A DNA stretch of 64,000 nucleotides from Alphaproteobacteria bacterium (GTDB taxonomy: Bacteria > Pseudomonadota > Alphaproteobacteria > MPNO01): NCBI GenBank assembly GCA_965205995.1, contig OZ242200.1, positions 952,498 to 1,016,497 of the forward strand. The letters are read 5' to 3'. Below the pieces are notes generated by a model. It had not been told where the DNA came from. It saw only the letters and a program-made list of their open reading frames with translations, and searched no databases. Shown piece after piece: positions 19,863 to 30,219 of the stretch (position 1 is its first letter; each line of letters opens with the position of its first letter). A program made the position numbers and the translations under genes.

Positions 19863-20642
19863 TCACCAGGCGTTCCAGCCGCCGTCGACCACCAGCGCCG
19901 TGCCGGTGATCAGGGCCGATGCCGGCGAGGCGAGGAACACCACCGCCCCCATCACGTCCTCCAGAGTGCCGAGCCTGCCGAGCGGTATCCGGGAAATCGT
20001 GTCGTCGTGGAACGCCTTGTTCTCGAAGAACGGCCGGGTCATCGGCGTCACGATGAAGGTCGGCCCGATCGAATTGACCCTGATCCGGTGTTGCGCCAGA
20101 TCGAGCGCCATCGACTTGGTCAGCCCTTCGACCGCGTGCTTCGAAGCCACATAGACGGTCCGGTTGGGGGCGCCGACATGGCCGAGCTGGGACGAGATGT
20201 TGACGATCGCCCCGCCCTCCTTGCTTTCGACCATCCGGCGCGCGGCGGCCTGGCCCACCATGAAAACCGCCTTCAAATTGAGGTTCATGACGGTGTCGTA
20301 GTGCTCCTCGGTCACCTCGAGGAAGGGCTCGGGGATGTTGCAGCCGGCGTTGTTGACCAGGATGTCGAGGCGCTCCAGCCCGGCGAAGGCGGATGCGATC
20401 GCCGCGCTGTCGGTGACGTCGCAGACCACGGGCTCGGCGGTGCCGCCGTCGGCCCGGATCAGCGCCGCGACCTCGTCGAGGTCGGCGCGGGTGCGGCTGA
20501 TCAACGCGACATGGGCGCCCGCCTGGGCGAGCGCGAGGGATGCCGCCCGCCCGATCCCGCGCCCGGCCCCGGTCACCGCGGCCGCCAGCCCGTCGAGCCG
20601 CATCGACGGCGTCCTCAGCTTCTCCGATGGGCGTTCCGCCAT
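19863..20642 (-). CDS. short-chain dehydrogenase/reductase
   Basis: TGAGRGIG, NNAG and YVASK motifs. Confidence 0.93.
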   Translation of the reverse strand: MAERPSEKLRTPSMRLDGLAAAVTGAGRGIGRAASLALAQAGAHVALISRTRADLDEVAALIRADGGTAEPVVCDVTDSAAIASAFAGLERLDILVNNAGCNIPEPFLEVTEEHYDTVMNLNLKAVFMVGQAAARRMVESKEGGAIVNISSQLGHVGAPNRTVYVASKHAVEGLTKSMALDLAQHRIRVNSIGPTFIVTPMTRPFFENKAFHDDTISRIPLGRLGTLEDVMGAVVFLASPASALITGTALVVDGGWNAW

Positions 20643-20712
20643 CCCTTCCCCCAGTGTTGACTCGACAATCGCCATCAAACCTAATCGTGCCGCCATCACC
20701 AAGGAGGGTCCG

Positions 20713-21681
20713 ATGCCGCGACGATACAGCGAGGGCAAGCTCGACATGGCGATCCTCCGCGAGACCGCGGAGCGTTGCAAGAACTGGGGCAAGTGGGGGC
20801 CGGACGACGAAATCGGCACCCTCAACTACATCACGCCGGAGACGGTGGTCGCCGCGGCCGGGCTGATCCGCAAGGGCCGGACCTTCTCGCTCGGTCTCAA
20901 CTTCGACCGCAACGGGCCGCAGAAGGGCCTGTGGGGCAACCGCTTCAACCCGATCCACACGATGCTGGCCACCGGCACCGACGCGGTCTCCGGCAACCAG
21001 GACGCGGGCGGGATCCGCTACGCCGACGACATGGTCTCGCTGCCGCTCCAATGCGGCACCCAGTGGGACGCGCTCGGCCACATCTTCTACGACGACAAGA
21101 TGTGGAACGGCTACGACGCGCGGCTGGTCGATTCCGACGGCGCCCAGAAGAACGGCATCGAGAAGGTGAAGGACAAGATGGCCGGGCGCGGCGTGCTGCT
21201 CGACGTCGCCCGCCATTGCGGGGTCGACTGCTTCGAAGACGGCACCGCGATCACCAACCGGGACCTCGACGAGACCGCGCAAGCCCAGGGGGTCGAAATC
21301 CGCCGCGGCGATTTCGTGATCGTGCGCACCGGGCAGATGGAGCAGCGCCTCGCCGACGGCGAATGGGGCGGCTATGCCGGCGGCGAGGCGCCGGGCCTCG
21401 CCTTCGAGACCGCCGACTGGATCCACCGGAAGGAGATCGCCGCGATCTGCACCGATACCTGGGGCTGCGAGGTGCGCCCCAACGAGACCGACGAGGCGCA
21501 GCAGCCCTGGCACTGGGTGGTGATCCCGATGATCGGCATCACCATGGGCGAGATCTTCTATCTCAAGGAGCTGGCCGAGGATTGCGCGGCGGACCGGGTC
21601 TACGAGTTCTTCTTCTGCGCGCCGCCGCTGCCGATCACCAAGGCGGTGGGCTCGCCCCTCAACCCGATGGCGATCAAGTAG
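20713..21681 (+). CDS. cyclase family protein (kynurenine formamidase-like fold)
   Basis: [24 protein letters not shown] and GRGVLLDV motifs; RBS AAGGAGG. Confidence 0.9.
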   Translation: MPRRYSEGKLDMAILRETAERCKNWGKWGPDDEIGTLNYITPETVVAAAGLIRKGRTFSLGLNFDRNGPQKGLWGNRFNPIHTMLATGTDAVSGNQDAGGIRYADDMVSLPLQCGTQWDALGHIFYDDKMWNGYDARLVDSDGAQKNGIEKVKDKMAGRGVLLDVARHCGVDCFEDGTAITNRDLDETAQAQGVEIRRGDFVIVRTGQMEQRLADGEWGGYAGGEAPGLAFETADWIHRKEIAAICTDTWGCEVRPNETDEAQQPWHWVVIPMIGITMGEIFYLKELAEDCAADRVYEFFFCAPPLPITKAVGSPLNPMAIK

Positions 21682-21686
21682 TCCCG

Positions 21687-22988
21687 ATGGCCAGGATCCT
21701 GAAGGACGCGAGGAGCGCGGCGGATCGGCGCGCCGACGACAGCGCGGTCCGCAAGACGGTCGAGGACATCCTCGCCGATATCGAGAGAAGCGGCGACGCG
21801 GCGGTCCGCGCGCTGTCGGAGAAATTCGACAACTGGTCGCCGGAGAGCTTTCGCCTCACCGCCGGCGAGATCGACGCGCTGATCGCCTCGGTGCCGGCCG
21901 ATACCGTGGACGACATCGCCTTCGCCCAGACCCAGATCCGCAACTTCGCCCGGATCCAGCGCGACTCGATGTTGGATGTCGAGGTCGAGACGTTGCCGGG
22001 CGTCACGCTGGGCCATCGCAATATCCCGGTGGGGAGCGTCGGCTGCTATGTCCCGGGCGGGCGCTACCCGATGGTGGCGTCTGCGCATATGAGCGTGATC
22101 ACGGCCAAGGTCGCGGGCGTCGAGCGGATCGCCGCCTGCACCCCGCCGACCGACGGCGCCCCGCACGCCGAGACCGTGGCCGCGATGGCGCTCGCCGGCG
22201 CCGACGAGATCTACATTCTGGGCGGCGTCCAGGCGGTCGGCGCGATGGCGCTCGGCACCGGCTCGATCGCCCCGGTGGACATGCTGGTCGGACCCGGCAA
22301 CGCCTATGTCGCCGAAGCCAAGCGCCAGCTCTACGGCCGGGTGGGCATCGACCTGTTCGCCGGGCCGACCGAAATCCTGGTGATCGCCGATGAGACCGCG
22401 GATGCTGAAATGGTGGTCACCGACCTTCTCGGCCAGGCCGAGCACGGCCCGACCTCGCCGGCCACGCTGATCACCGGCTCGGCCGCGCTCGCCGCCGCGG
22501 TCCCGCCCGAGATCGAGCGCCAGCTCGCGGTGCTTCCGACCGCCGAGGTCGCGGGCGCCGCCTGGCGGGATTACGGCCGCATCGTCCTGGTCGATTCCGA
22601 CGAGGAGGCCGCCGCCGTGGCCGATGAAATCGCCTGCGAGCATGTCGAGGTGCTGACGCGCGAGCCGCGCTGGTTCCTCGAGCGGATGCGCAATTACGGC
22701 TCGATGTTCCTCGGCCCGGAAACCAACGTCTCGTATGGCGACAAGGTGATCGGCACCAACCACACTCTGCCGACCATGGGGGCGGCGCGTTACACGGGCG
22801 GGCTCTGGGTCGGCAAGTTCCTCAAGACCGTCACCTATCAGAGCTGCACCGAGGAGGCGAGCGTCGCCATCGGCGACTATTGCTCGCGGCTCTGCGCGAT
22901 CGAGAAGTTCTGGGGCCACAAGGAGCAGGCGGATCTCAGGCTGCGCCGCTATGGCGGGCGCAATATCGGGTTGGGCGCCGAGCGCTGA
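21687..22988 (+). CDS. histidinol dehydrogenase paralogue (HisD2/HpsN-like), probably catabolic
   Basis: YVPGG, GPGNAYV, QAEH and EHVEV motifs; [10 protein letters not shown] where canonical HisD has GDY. Confidence 0.85.
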   Translation: MARILKDARSAADRRADDSAVRKTVEDILADIERSGDAAVRALSEKFDNWSPESFRLTAGEIDALIASVPADTVDDIAFAQTQIRNFARIQRDSMLDVEVETLPGVTLGHRNIPVGSVGCYVPGGRYPMVASAHMSVITAKVAGVERIAACTPPTDGAPHAETVAAMALAGADEIYILGGVQAVGAMALGTGSIAPVDMLVGPGNAYVAEAKRQLYGRVGIDLFAGPTEILVIADETADAEMVVTDLLGQAEHGPTSPATLITGSAALAAAVPPEIERQLAVLPTAEVAGAAWRDYGRIVLVDSDEEAAAVADEIACEHVEVLTREPRWFLERMRNYGSMFLGPETNVSYGDKVIGTNHTLPTMGAARYTGGLWVGKFLKTVTYQSCTEEASVAIGDYCSRLCAIEKFWGHKEQADLRLRRYGGRNIGLGAER

Positions 22989-23028
22989 AAGGTTAGCCCG
23001 GATTTCGGGAACGGGTGGAGCTAAAGCC

Positions 23029-23496
23029 TCACCAGGTGACCGATCCGACGCGCCAAACCGTGTTTTCGACGCAGACCGTGTTGCGGCGAACGCGGCGCGA
23101 CATGAGGAACACAAGCCAGATCGGCAGGCCGATCGCCGCGGCCACCGCGGCCTGCGTCGCCGCACCGGCCTCCGCCGCCAGGACGCAGCCAAAGATGCTG
23201 AGTGGCGCCAGCACCGGAAACGCCGTCCATGCCGAGAGCGACCGCACCGGCCCCAGCGCGAACCAGGCCAGCACGAGCGGCAGGCCTCCCGCCGCGAGAT
23301 AAACCCACCCTTCCGGGTCCGCCGGCAGCGCCGCTCCGCCCAAGGCGACGCCGACCACCGCCATTGCGGCCGGCAGCCACGAGAGGCCGGCGAGCACCGC
23401 CATGAGCGGCTCGGCCGCCATCCGCCAGCGCCGGCCTGCCCCCGGCCGCGCCGCCAGGTCTTCCGAGAACAAATGAACCGGCAATCTGGTCAGCAT
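23029..23496 (-). CDS. hypothetical membrane protein (weak DUF2569-like C-terminus)
   Basis: Four hydrophobic segments and IWLVFLMSRRVR; AT-rich upstream region. Confidence 0.45.
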   Translation of the reverse strand: MLTRLPVHLFSEDLAARPGAGRRWRMAAEPLMAVLAGLSWLPAAMAVVGVALGGAALPADPEGWVYLAAGGLPLVLAWFALGPVRSLSAWTAFPVLAPLSIFGCVLAAEAGAATQAAVAAAIGLPIWLVFLMSRRVRRNTVCVENTVWRVGSVTW

Positions 23497-23748
23497 GTCC
23501 GCCCCGCAACGCGGTAATGTCCCGTCGCGGCCCTTTATTCTTGTGACCCCGAGACTAACCGGCTTACCGGAGAGTCTACAACGTCGTTCAGCAGACGGTT
23601 ACAGCAAATTATACACCGTGACTAAAATGCAACAGCGTGCGATGCACACCCGCCTTCTGGATCGTCTCCACCCTATCGGCGCCGGTGTTGTAGCCCACCG
23701 CGACCGCCGGGCCGGCGAAGGCGATCGCCATGTTTTCCCCGGAACCCT

Positions 23749-25041
23749 CTACCGTGGATGCCGGAACAAATCGTCCAGCTCCCGGTAGTCCGGCGGCGCC
23801 GTGTCGATCGCCTCCCCGCCGCGCAGCACCGCGCGGGCGCTCTCGGGCCGCGACAGGAGCTCGCTGAAACCCCGCCCTCTGAACAGCACCAGATCGGCCG
23901 GTTCGCCGACCTGGATCAGGCCCGAACCGTCGAGCCCCATGATTTCGATGGGCGTCGCGGTCACGCTGCGCGGCCAGTCGTTCATCGGCAGGTCGACATG
24001 GGCGATTCGGGCGGCCTGGCAGAACACCTCGAGCATGTCGTGATCGCCGTAGCCGTAGAACGGATCGCGGCAATTGTCGCTCGCGAACGAAACCGGGATG
24101 CCGCGCACCGCCATCTCGCGCACCAGGGTGACGCCGCGCTGGCGCGGGGTCCGGTCCGGCGCGCGATCCTGCAGGAAGATGTTGCACATCGGCAGGCTGA
24201 CCACGGCGATGCCCGCCTCGGCCACGAGATCGAGGGTTCGATCCGCGTCGTCCGCCGATTGCACCGCCAGGCTGCAGCAATGCCCGCATTGCAGCCGCCC
24301 GGCGAAACGGTTGCGGCGGGCCGCTTCGGCGACGTGCCGCAGGGTGCGATCGCGCGCGTCGAGGCTTTCGTCGACATGCAGGTCGATGTCGAGCGCGCGG
24401 TCGGATGCGAGACGGAAGATATCGTCCAGCACGTCGTCGATGTCCGGGATCATGAAGATCACCGCGCCGACGATGCCGCCCGATCGGGCGACGAGATCGA
24501 CGATGGCGTCGCTCTTGCCGTCGCGGAATTCCTCGACCATGAGCAGGTTCACGCCCTGCAGATCGATCCTCCCCCGCCACTCCTCGCGCAGCTCGCGGAA
24601 CACGCCCCAGGTGGTTTCCGCCTGCCCGGGCGGGGACTGCAAATGCGTGCGTATGGCGCGGGTGCCGTGCGCGTAGCTGCATCTGAGGCCGAAATCCATC
24701 CGGGCGCGGAGGTCGTCCGCCGACCAGTGGGTATCCCGGTCATTCGCCACCGCGCCGGCCGCCGTCCAGAAGGAGCCGTCGGCATTGGGGGCGCGGGTCC
24801 AGATGTGGCCGATATCGAGATGGGTGTGGATGTCGGCGAAGCACGGCCATAGCTGGCCGCCATCGAGATCGCGGTCGCCGGGTTCGACGAGACCGGAGGG
24901 CGAGCGGATCGCGCGGATGCGGCCTGCCTCGATCTCGATGTCCGCGCTCGCCAGACCCTCGGCGTCGACCGCCAGGCCGCCCGGCGGCCCGGCGAGCAGT
25001 GAGACCGGGACCCGGGCGTTGCAGAGGGTGAACGATTTCAT
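23749..25041 (-). CDS. codA: cytosine/pterin deaminase family metallo-hydrolase
   Basis: DIHTHLD, LHVDE, GHCCSL and SDNCRDPFY motifs. Confidence 0.85.
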   Translation of the reverse strand: MKSFTLCNARVPVSLLAGPPGGLAVDAEGLASADIEIEAGRIRAIRSPSGLVEPGDRDLDGGQLWPCFADIHTHLDIGHIWTRAPNADGSFWTAAGAVANDRDTHWSADDLRARMDFGLRCSYAHGTRAIRTHLQSPPGQAETTWGVFRELREEWRGRIDLQGVNLLMVEEFRDGKSDAIVDLVARSGGIVGAVIFMIPDIDDVLDDIFRLASDRALDIDLHVDESLDARDRTLRHVAEAARRNRFAGRLQCGHCCSLAVQSADDADRTLDLVAEAGIAVVSLPMCNIFLQDRAPDRTPRQRGVTLVREMAVRGIPVSFASDNCRDPFYGYGDHDMLEVFCQAARIAHVDLPMNDWPRSVTATPIEIMGLDGSGLIQVGEPADLVLFRGRGFSELLSRPESARAVLRGGEAIDTAPPDYRELDDLFRHPR

Positions 25042-25048
25042 GGCGGCG

Positions 25049-25921
25049 TCACCCGTCGGTTGCCGCGCCCGGAAAATAGGCTTCGGCGTTCCTGTAGAAG
25101 ATCTTTTCGAGCACCTCGCCGGACAGGTCGAGGCCCTGCCAGCGGTCGATCATCATCTCGAATTTGAGCACCGGATAATCGCAGCCGAACATGATGCGGT
25201 CCTGCAACCGCCCGCCGATCTCGCGCACCAGCTGTGGCGGGAGCGTCTTCGGCGACCAGCCGTGCAGCTCGTAATGCACGTTGCCCTTGTGCAACAGGAT
25301 GGCGATCATCTCGTCCTGCCACGGAAACGCCGGCCGCGCGGCGAGGATCTTGAGCGCGGGGAAGCGCGCGGCCACCGCATCGATATGCCTCGGATGGCCG
25401 TTGTCGAGCAGGATGCCCTTGCCCCCCGGCTGGCCCTGGCCGATGCCGGTGAGGCCGCAATGGATCAGCACCGGAATCCCGGCGTCTATCGAAGCCTTGT
25501 AGAACGGGTCCCAGATCGGGTCGCTGGCGGGATAGCCGCCCTCGATCTGGCCGACGATGCCGAAGCCGATGAACCCGGCGTCGGCGGCGGCCGCGCGCTC
25601 GAACTCCGCGATCCCGGCCTTGCCGATCTCGGGGTTGAACGACAGCCAGTGGCCGAAGATCGCGTCGCGGTGCCGGCGCGCGACGTCGAAGCAGTAGTCG
25701 TGGATCTCCCTGATCTCGTCGAGATCGTCCATCCAGAGGGTCAAAGCGAGGTCGAGCACGGTGCGCACGTTGTTCCTGCGGAACGTGTCGGCCATCTCCT
25801 GCTCGGTTTCGAGCTTGGCGGCGGTGCGCCAGATCCGTTCCTGGCTGGCGCGCTCGACCGGGTCCTGGAAGATGTAGCCGCGCTCGGTGCTCCAATGCGA
25901 ATGGCAGTCGAAGACCCTCAT
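25049..25921 (-). CDS. amidohydrolase_2 family, CouO (beta-ketoacyl-CoA hydrolase)-like
   Basis: DCHSH, HCGLTGIGQG, PAFPWQDE, GWSPK and FGCDYP motifs. Confidence 0.82.
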   Translation of the reverse strand: MRVFDCHSHWSTERGYIFQDPVERASQERIWRTAAKLETEQEMADTFRRNNVRTVLDLALTLWMDDLDEIREIHDYCFDVARRHRDAIFGHWLSFNPEIGKAGIAEFERAAAADAGFIGFGIVGQIEGGYPASDPIWDPFYKASIDAGIPVLIHCGLTGIGQGQPGGKGILLDNGHPRHIDAVAARFPALKILAARPAFPWQDEMIAILLHKGNVHYELHGWSPKTLPPQLVREIGGRLQDRIMFGCDYPVLKFEMMIDRWQGLDLSGEVLEKIFYRNAEAYFPGAATDG

Positions 25922-25990
25922 GAGCTCCCCCGATGGCGTCCTGCGGGGTAGCATAGAGCGCGGTGCTCACCCAGGGGAGGACCAGCCGAA

Positions 25991-27436
25991 GTGAACGGGT
26001 TTCCGTCGACCGGCTTGCCGATCTACCACGACTCCATCGACTGGGCGCGGCTCCATCGGGACTATCCGGTCCCCGACGTTTTCGCGGACACGGTCTACAA
26101 ATGGCCGGCCGGCCGGGTGCGCGCGCTGCAGAACGAGCGCTTCCTGAGATGTGTGGAACTCGGCTGGAACAACCCGTTCTACCGCAAGCGCTGGCGCGCG
26201 GCCGGGCTCGAACCCGGCGACGTCGGGAGCATCGACGACAGCCACAAGATCCCGGCCTACAACTCCGACGACGTCAAGCAGGACCAGCTCGAACACCCGC
26301 CATTCGGCGAATTCCACGATGTCGGTGCGGCGGGGCGCACGGCGGCGCCGCTCAAGATGCAGACCTCGGGCGGCACCACGGGCAAGCCCAGGGCGACGCT
26401 CTACCGGCCGCAGGAATGGGAGCTCAACGGCCTCACCGTGGCGCGTTCGCTCTATCTGCTCGGCGCCCGGCCGGGCGACGTGATGCAGATCCCGGTGACG
26501 CTCGCGCTCGGCAATCTGGGCTGGTGCGTCTACAAGGCCGCGCACGATTATCTCGGCGTCCTGCCGCTGACCACCGGCACCGGCGTGGTGACCCCGAGCC
26601 GGCGGCAGATGGAGATCGCCTTCGATTACGGCACCAATTTGTGGTGCTCGTTCCCGGAATACATGCTGCGCCTCGCCCAGGCGAGCCGCGAGGAGCTCGG
26701 CCGCGATTTCCGCGAGCTCGACACCAAATGCGTGCTCACCTTCCTCGGCCCCGACACCAGGGGCGCACTCCGCGCCGAGATGGAAGAGGTGCTGGGCTGC
26801 GACGTCTACGACAATTACGGCACCAACGAGATGGGCGAGGGCGCCTTCGAGTGCCGCCACAAGAACGGCCTCCATTTCTCGGAAGACTGCATGTATTTCG
26901 AGATCGTCGACACCGAAACCGGCGAACCGGTGGCGGACGGCGAGAGCGGCAATCTGGTGGTGACGGTGTTCTACCGGGCGCTGCCGCCGATCGTCCGCTT
27001 CAACCTGCGCGACCTCGGGCGCATCCGCCACACCGGCGCCTGCGGGTGCGGCAGCAACTTCCGCCGCATGGACCACTTCCTCGGCCGCTCCGACGACATG
27101 GTCAAGATCCGCGGCGTGAACCTCAACCCGATGGCCTGCCTCAACGCGGTGCAGGACGACGAGCGCACCACCGGCGAGTGGGTGTGCATCGCCGAGAGCG
27201 TCGAGAGGAACGGCGTCAGGCGCGAGGAGATGACCGTCCAGATCGAGGTGCGCAGCGACGCCGGCGCCGCCGACGGCCTGAAAGAGCGCATGGAGGAATT
27301 GCTCAGGGGCGATCTCGGGCTCGGCGTCACGGTCGAGCTGGTGGCCCGGGGCAGCCTCGACGAGATCGCCAATGTCGGCGGGCGCGAAGGCAAGCCGAAG
27401 CGCCTGATCGACCGCAGGCCGGGCTATGGGAAATAG
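25991..27436 (+). CDS. phenylacetate-CoA ligase (PaaK) family aryl-CoA ligase
   Basis: TSGGTTGKP, YGTNE and GRSDDMVKIRGVN motifs. Confidence 0.9.
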   Translation: MNGFPSTGLPIYHDSIDWARLHRDYPVPDVFADTVYKWPAGRVRALQNERFLRCVELGWNNPFYRKRWRAAGLEPGDVGSIDDSHKIPAYNSDDVKQDQLEHPPFGEFHDVGAAGRTAAPLKMQTSGGTTGKPRATLYRPQEWELNGLTVARSLYLLGARPGDVMQIPVTLALGNLGWCVYKAAHDYLGVLPLTTGTGVVTPSRRQMEIAFDYGTNLWCSFPEYMLRLAQASREELGRDFRELDTKCVLTFLGPDTRGALRAEMEEVLGCDVYDNYGTNEMGEGAFECRHKNGLHFSEDCMYFEIVDTETGEPVADGESGNLVVTVFYRALPPIVRFNLRDLGRIRHTGACGCGSNFRRMDHFLGRSDDMVKIRGVNLNPMACLNAVQDDERTTGEWVCIAESVERNGVRREEMTVQIEVRSDAGAADGLKERMEELLRGDLGLGVTVELVARGSLDEIANVGGREGKPKRLIDRRPGYGK

Positions 27437-27489
27437 AAGGCGCCGCTTCGTGCTAACCTTCGCCCTCCGATAGCGACCGGGATCGTCCG

Positions 27490-28506
27490 ATGGCACTCAG
27501 CGAATCGCAGCAGATACGGATGTGGGAAGAGGTGCTGCGCCTCTGCAAGCTGCATGACGGGGAAACCGTCGTCGTGCTGACAAAACCCGAGGCAAGGCCG
27601 GAAAACGTCAAGGCGGCCCGCAATGCGAGCATCGGGATCGGCGCCACGACGATCCACATGGAGCCCCATATCGGCGGCGCCCGGCTGCGCGAGAACGAGG
27701 TCGCGATGGACGCGATGCGCGCCGCCGACATGGTGATCGACCTGGTCGGGCTGCATCTGCTGCGGGGCGGCGAGCTGCCGCATATCCGGGCGGCGGACAC
27801 CCGCATCCTCTATGTCACCGAACCGCCGGAAGCCCTGGCGCGGATGATGCCCAGCGAGGACGACAAGCGCCGGGTCTACGCGGCGGGCAGGCGGATCGAA
27901 GCCGCCCGCACGATGCGGGTCGAATCGGACGCCGGGACGAATTTCGCATGCGAGCTCGGCGAATACCCGGTGCTCTACGAATACGGCTATGCCGACGACC
28001 CCGGCCACTGGGACCACTGGCCCGCCGGTTTCGTCGCCACCTGGCCGAACGAACGATCCGCGCGCGGCACCATCGTCGTCGACCGGGGCGACATCGTCTT
28101 CCCCTTCAAATCCTATGTGCAGACGCCGATCCGGGTCGACTTGGAGAACGGCTTCGTCACCGGAATCTCGGGCGATTTCGACGCCGCCTATATGCGGGAG
28201 TTCATCGAGAGCTACAACGACCGCGACGGTTTCGCGATGTCGCATGTCGGTTGGGGGTTGCAGCCGCGGGCGAGCTGGACCGCGCTCGGGATGATGGACA
28301 AGGCGCAGACCAACGGCAATGACGGGCGGGCGTTCTACGGCAATTTCATGTTCTCGACCGGCCCCAACGACGACGCCGGCGGGCCGCGCGACACGCTCTG
28401 CCATCTCGACATCCCGATGCGCCATTGCTCGGTCTGGCTCGACGACGAACCGATGGTGCTCAAGGGCGAGGTGATCCCGGACGACCAGCGCGCCCCGGGG
28501 CGGTGA
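27490..28506 (+). CDS. nicX: 2,5-dihydroxypyridine 5,6-dioxygenase-like protein
   Basis: EPPEALARM, WDHWPAGF, SHVGWGLQPRA, RAFYGNFMFSTGPN and CHLDIP closely match NicX as recalled, including the His/His/Asp iron ligands. Confidence 0.88.
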   Translation: MALSESQQIRMWEEVLRLCKLHDGETVVVLTKPEARPENVKAARNASIGIGATTIHMEPHIGGARLRENEVAMDAMRAADMVIDLVGLHLLRGGELPHIRAADTRILYVTEPPEALARMMPSEDDKRRVYAAGRRIEAARTMRVESDAGTNFACELGEYPVLYEYGYADDPGHWDHWPAGFVATWPNERSARGTIVVDRGDIVFPFKSYVQTPIRVDLENGFVTGISGDFDAAYMREFIESYNDRDGFAMSHVGWGLQPRASWTALGMMDKAQTNGNDGRAFYGNFMFSTGPNDDAGGPRDTLCHLDIPMRHCSVWLDDEPMVLKGEVIPDDQRAPGR

Positions 28507-28522
28507 GACCGCCCGGCCGCCG

Positions 28523-29014
28523 CTACGGCGCGCGTATTTCCTTGTAGTGGCCCCAGGCCTTGCGGGTGAATTCGATGGCCGTGAGCCCGAAGCCGAGCGT
28601 GATGACGAACATCAGATAGCCCTTGGGGATGGGATAGACGCCGGGCGTCATGACGTTGCGTTGGATATGGCTCCAGGCCGAGATCGCCGAGTAATAGGCG
28701 CCCGGCACCAGCGCCGCGACGATCAGGAACGAACCCCAGCAGTTGAGAACCGCCTGGGTGCGGGCGCTGAGCATCTGGACCAGCACGTCGATGCGGATAT
28801 GGCCCTCGGCCTGGCGCACCAGCCACGCCATGCCGAGGAACGGGGTGAACAGCAGGAAATACTCGCAGACCTCGATCACCCAGCCGATCGGCGCGCCGAA
28901 GAAATAGCGCAGCAGCACGTCGACGACCACGAACACCATCGACGCCAGCACCATCACCCCGACGACCGCGGCGAGCAGGCCGAGGAAACGATCGTATGCG
29001 GCGACAGGGTTCAT
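28523..29014 (-). CDS. dctQ: TRAP transporter small permease
   Basis: DVLLRYFFGAPIGW and GHIRIDV motifs. Confidence 0.9.
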   Translation of the reverse strand: MNPVAAYDRFLGLLAAVVGVMVLASMVFVVVDVLLRYFFGAPIGWVIEVCEYFLLFTPFLGMAWLVRQAEGHIRIDVLVQMLSARTQAVLNCWGSFLIVAALVPGAYYSAISAWSHIQRNVMTPGVYPIPKGYLMFVITLGFGLTAIEFTRKAWGHYKEIRAP

Positions 29015-29093
29015 GAGACCTGCGCCTTCACACCCGTTCGGGGATCGGGGTGAGGCGGCGGCCGGTCGGCGGCCGCCTCCCCCGATACCGTGC

Positions 29094-30086
29094 CTAGTTG
29101 GCGAATTTCCTGAGCTCCTTGCCGTATTTCGGGCTCTTCTTCTCGATCTCGGCCCAATGCGCGTCATAGGCCGCGGCAAGCCACTTCTTGGTTTCCGCGT
29201 CGCTCAGGCGGATGTACTCAAGCCCCTCCTTCTTGAGAGCGGCATCCTCCTGGTTGTTCCTCTCGGTCAGAAACTTTTCCTCCGCCTTTTCGATCGCCGG
29301 TCCGAGGTCGTCGATCACCTTGCGGATATCCGCCGGCAGGCCGTTCCAGGTCTTCATGTTGATCAGCACCGCCGTGTCGTTCGAATAGAACGGGATGTCG
29401 TAGACATACTTGGTGACCTCGTGGAAGCCGAAATCGCGGATCCCGAGGAAGGTCCAGCAGAAGCCGTCGACCACGCCGCGTTCCATCGCCGTGTAGACCT
29501 CGCCGGCCTTCATCAGGATCGGCGTGCCGTTGAGGCCCTTGACCAGGGGCACATAGGTCGGCGAGACCCGCATCTTCAATCCGGTCAGATCGGAGCTCGC
29601 GATCTTCTTGTTGCCGTAGCAGCGATAGCCGTTGCCCTTGGTGCCGCCGACATGCGAGTGGTAGTAGACACCGTGCTCGGCGTGAATCTTCCGCATCAAC
29701 GCCGTATAGCCGAGCGGGCGCAGCTCGCTGGCGAACTTCTTGACCCCGAGGCTCGCCGCCGCTTCCGGCACGGTGGCCCGGTAATAGGCGCCCGCGGTCA
29801 GCAGCACGTCGACGACGCCGTCGCGCACCGCCTCGAACTGCTCGAATGGCGGCACCACCTCGGAACCCCCGATCAGGCTGACGATCACCTTGCCCTTGAG
29901 CGCCTTGTTGACCTCCTTCTGGAATGTCAGGAAGCCGTGGCTGCCGATGAAGTCGGCGGGCCAGGGAAGCAGGCCCTTGAGAATGATCGGATCCGCCGCC
30001 TTGACGGTGGCGGTGTGGCCGAACAGGCCGATCGCGCCGGCAACCGCCAGCGCCAGCGAGACTTTCCGTAGTTTGGCAAACGACAT
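29094..30086 (-). CDS. dctP: TRAP substrate-binding protein
   Basis: Signal peptide, DLTGLKMR, EVYTAMERGVVDG. Confidence 0.9.
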   Translation of the reverse strand: MSFAKLRKVSLALAVAGAIGLFGHTATVKAADPIILKGLLPWPADFIGSHGFLTFQKEVNKALKGKVIVSLIGGSEVVPPFEQFEAVRDGVVDVLLTAGAYYRATVPEAAASLGVKKFASELRPLGYTALMRKIHAEHGVYYHSHVGGTKGNGYRCYGNKKIASSDLTGLKMRVSPTYVPLVKGLNGTPILMKAGEVYTAMERGVVDGFCWTFLGIRDFGFHEVTKYVYDIPFYSNDTAVLINMKTWNGLPADIRKVIDDLGPAIEKAEEKFLTERNNQEDAALKKEGLEYIRLSDAETKKWLAAAYDAHWAEIEKKSPKYGKELRKFAN

Positions 30087-30219
30087 TTGTTCCCCCCGGT
30101 TGATTGGTTCGTTTCGTAGCCTTGGCCGACGGCGCCGCCGCCAGATGCCCGTGAAAAGGGTAGCACCCCGCATTTCCCCTGCGCAATTCGGGCGCCGCGT
30201 CCAATTGCGTCGTGCGTCG

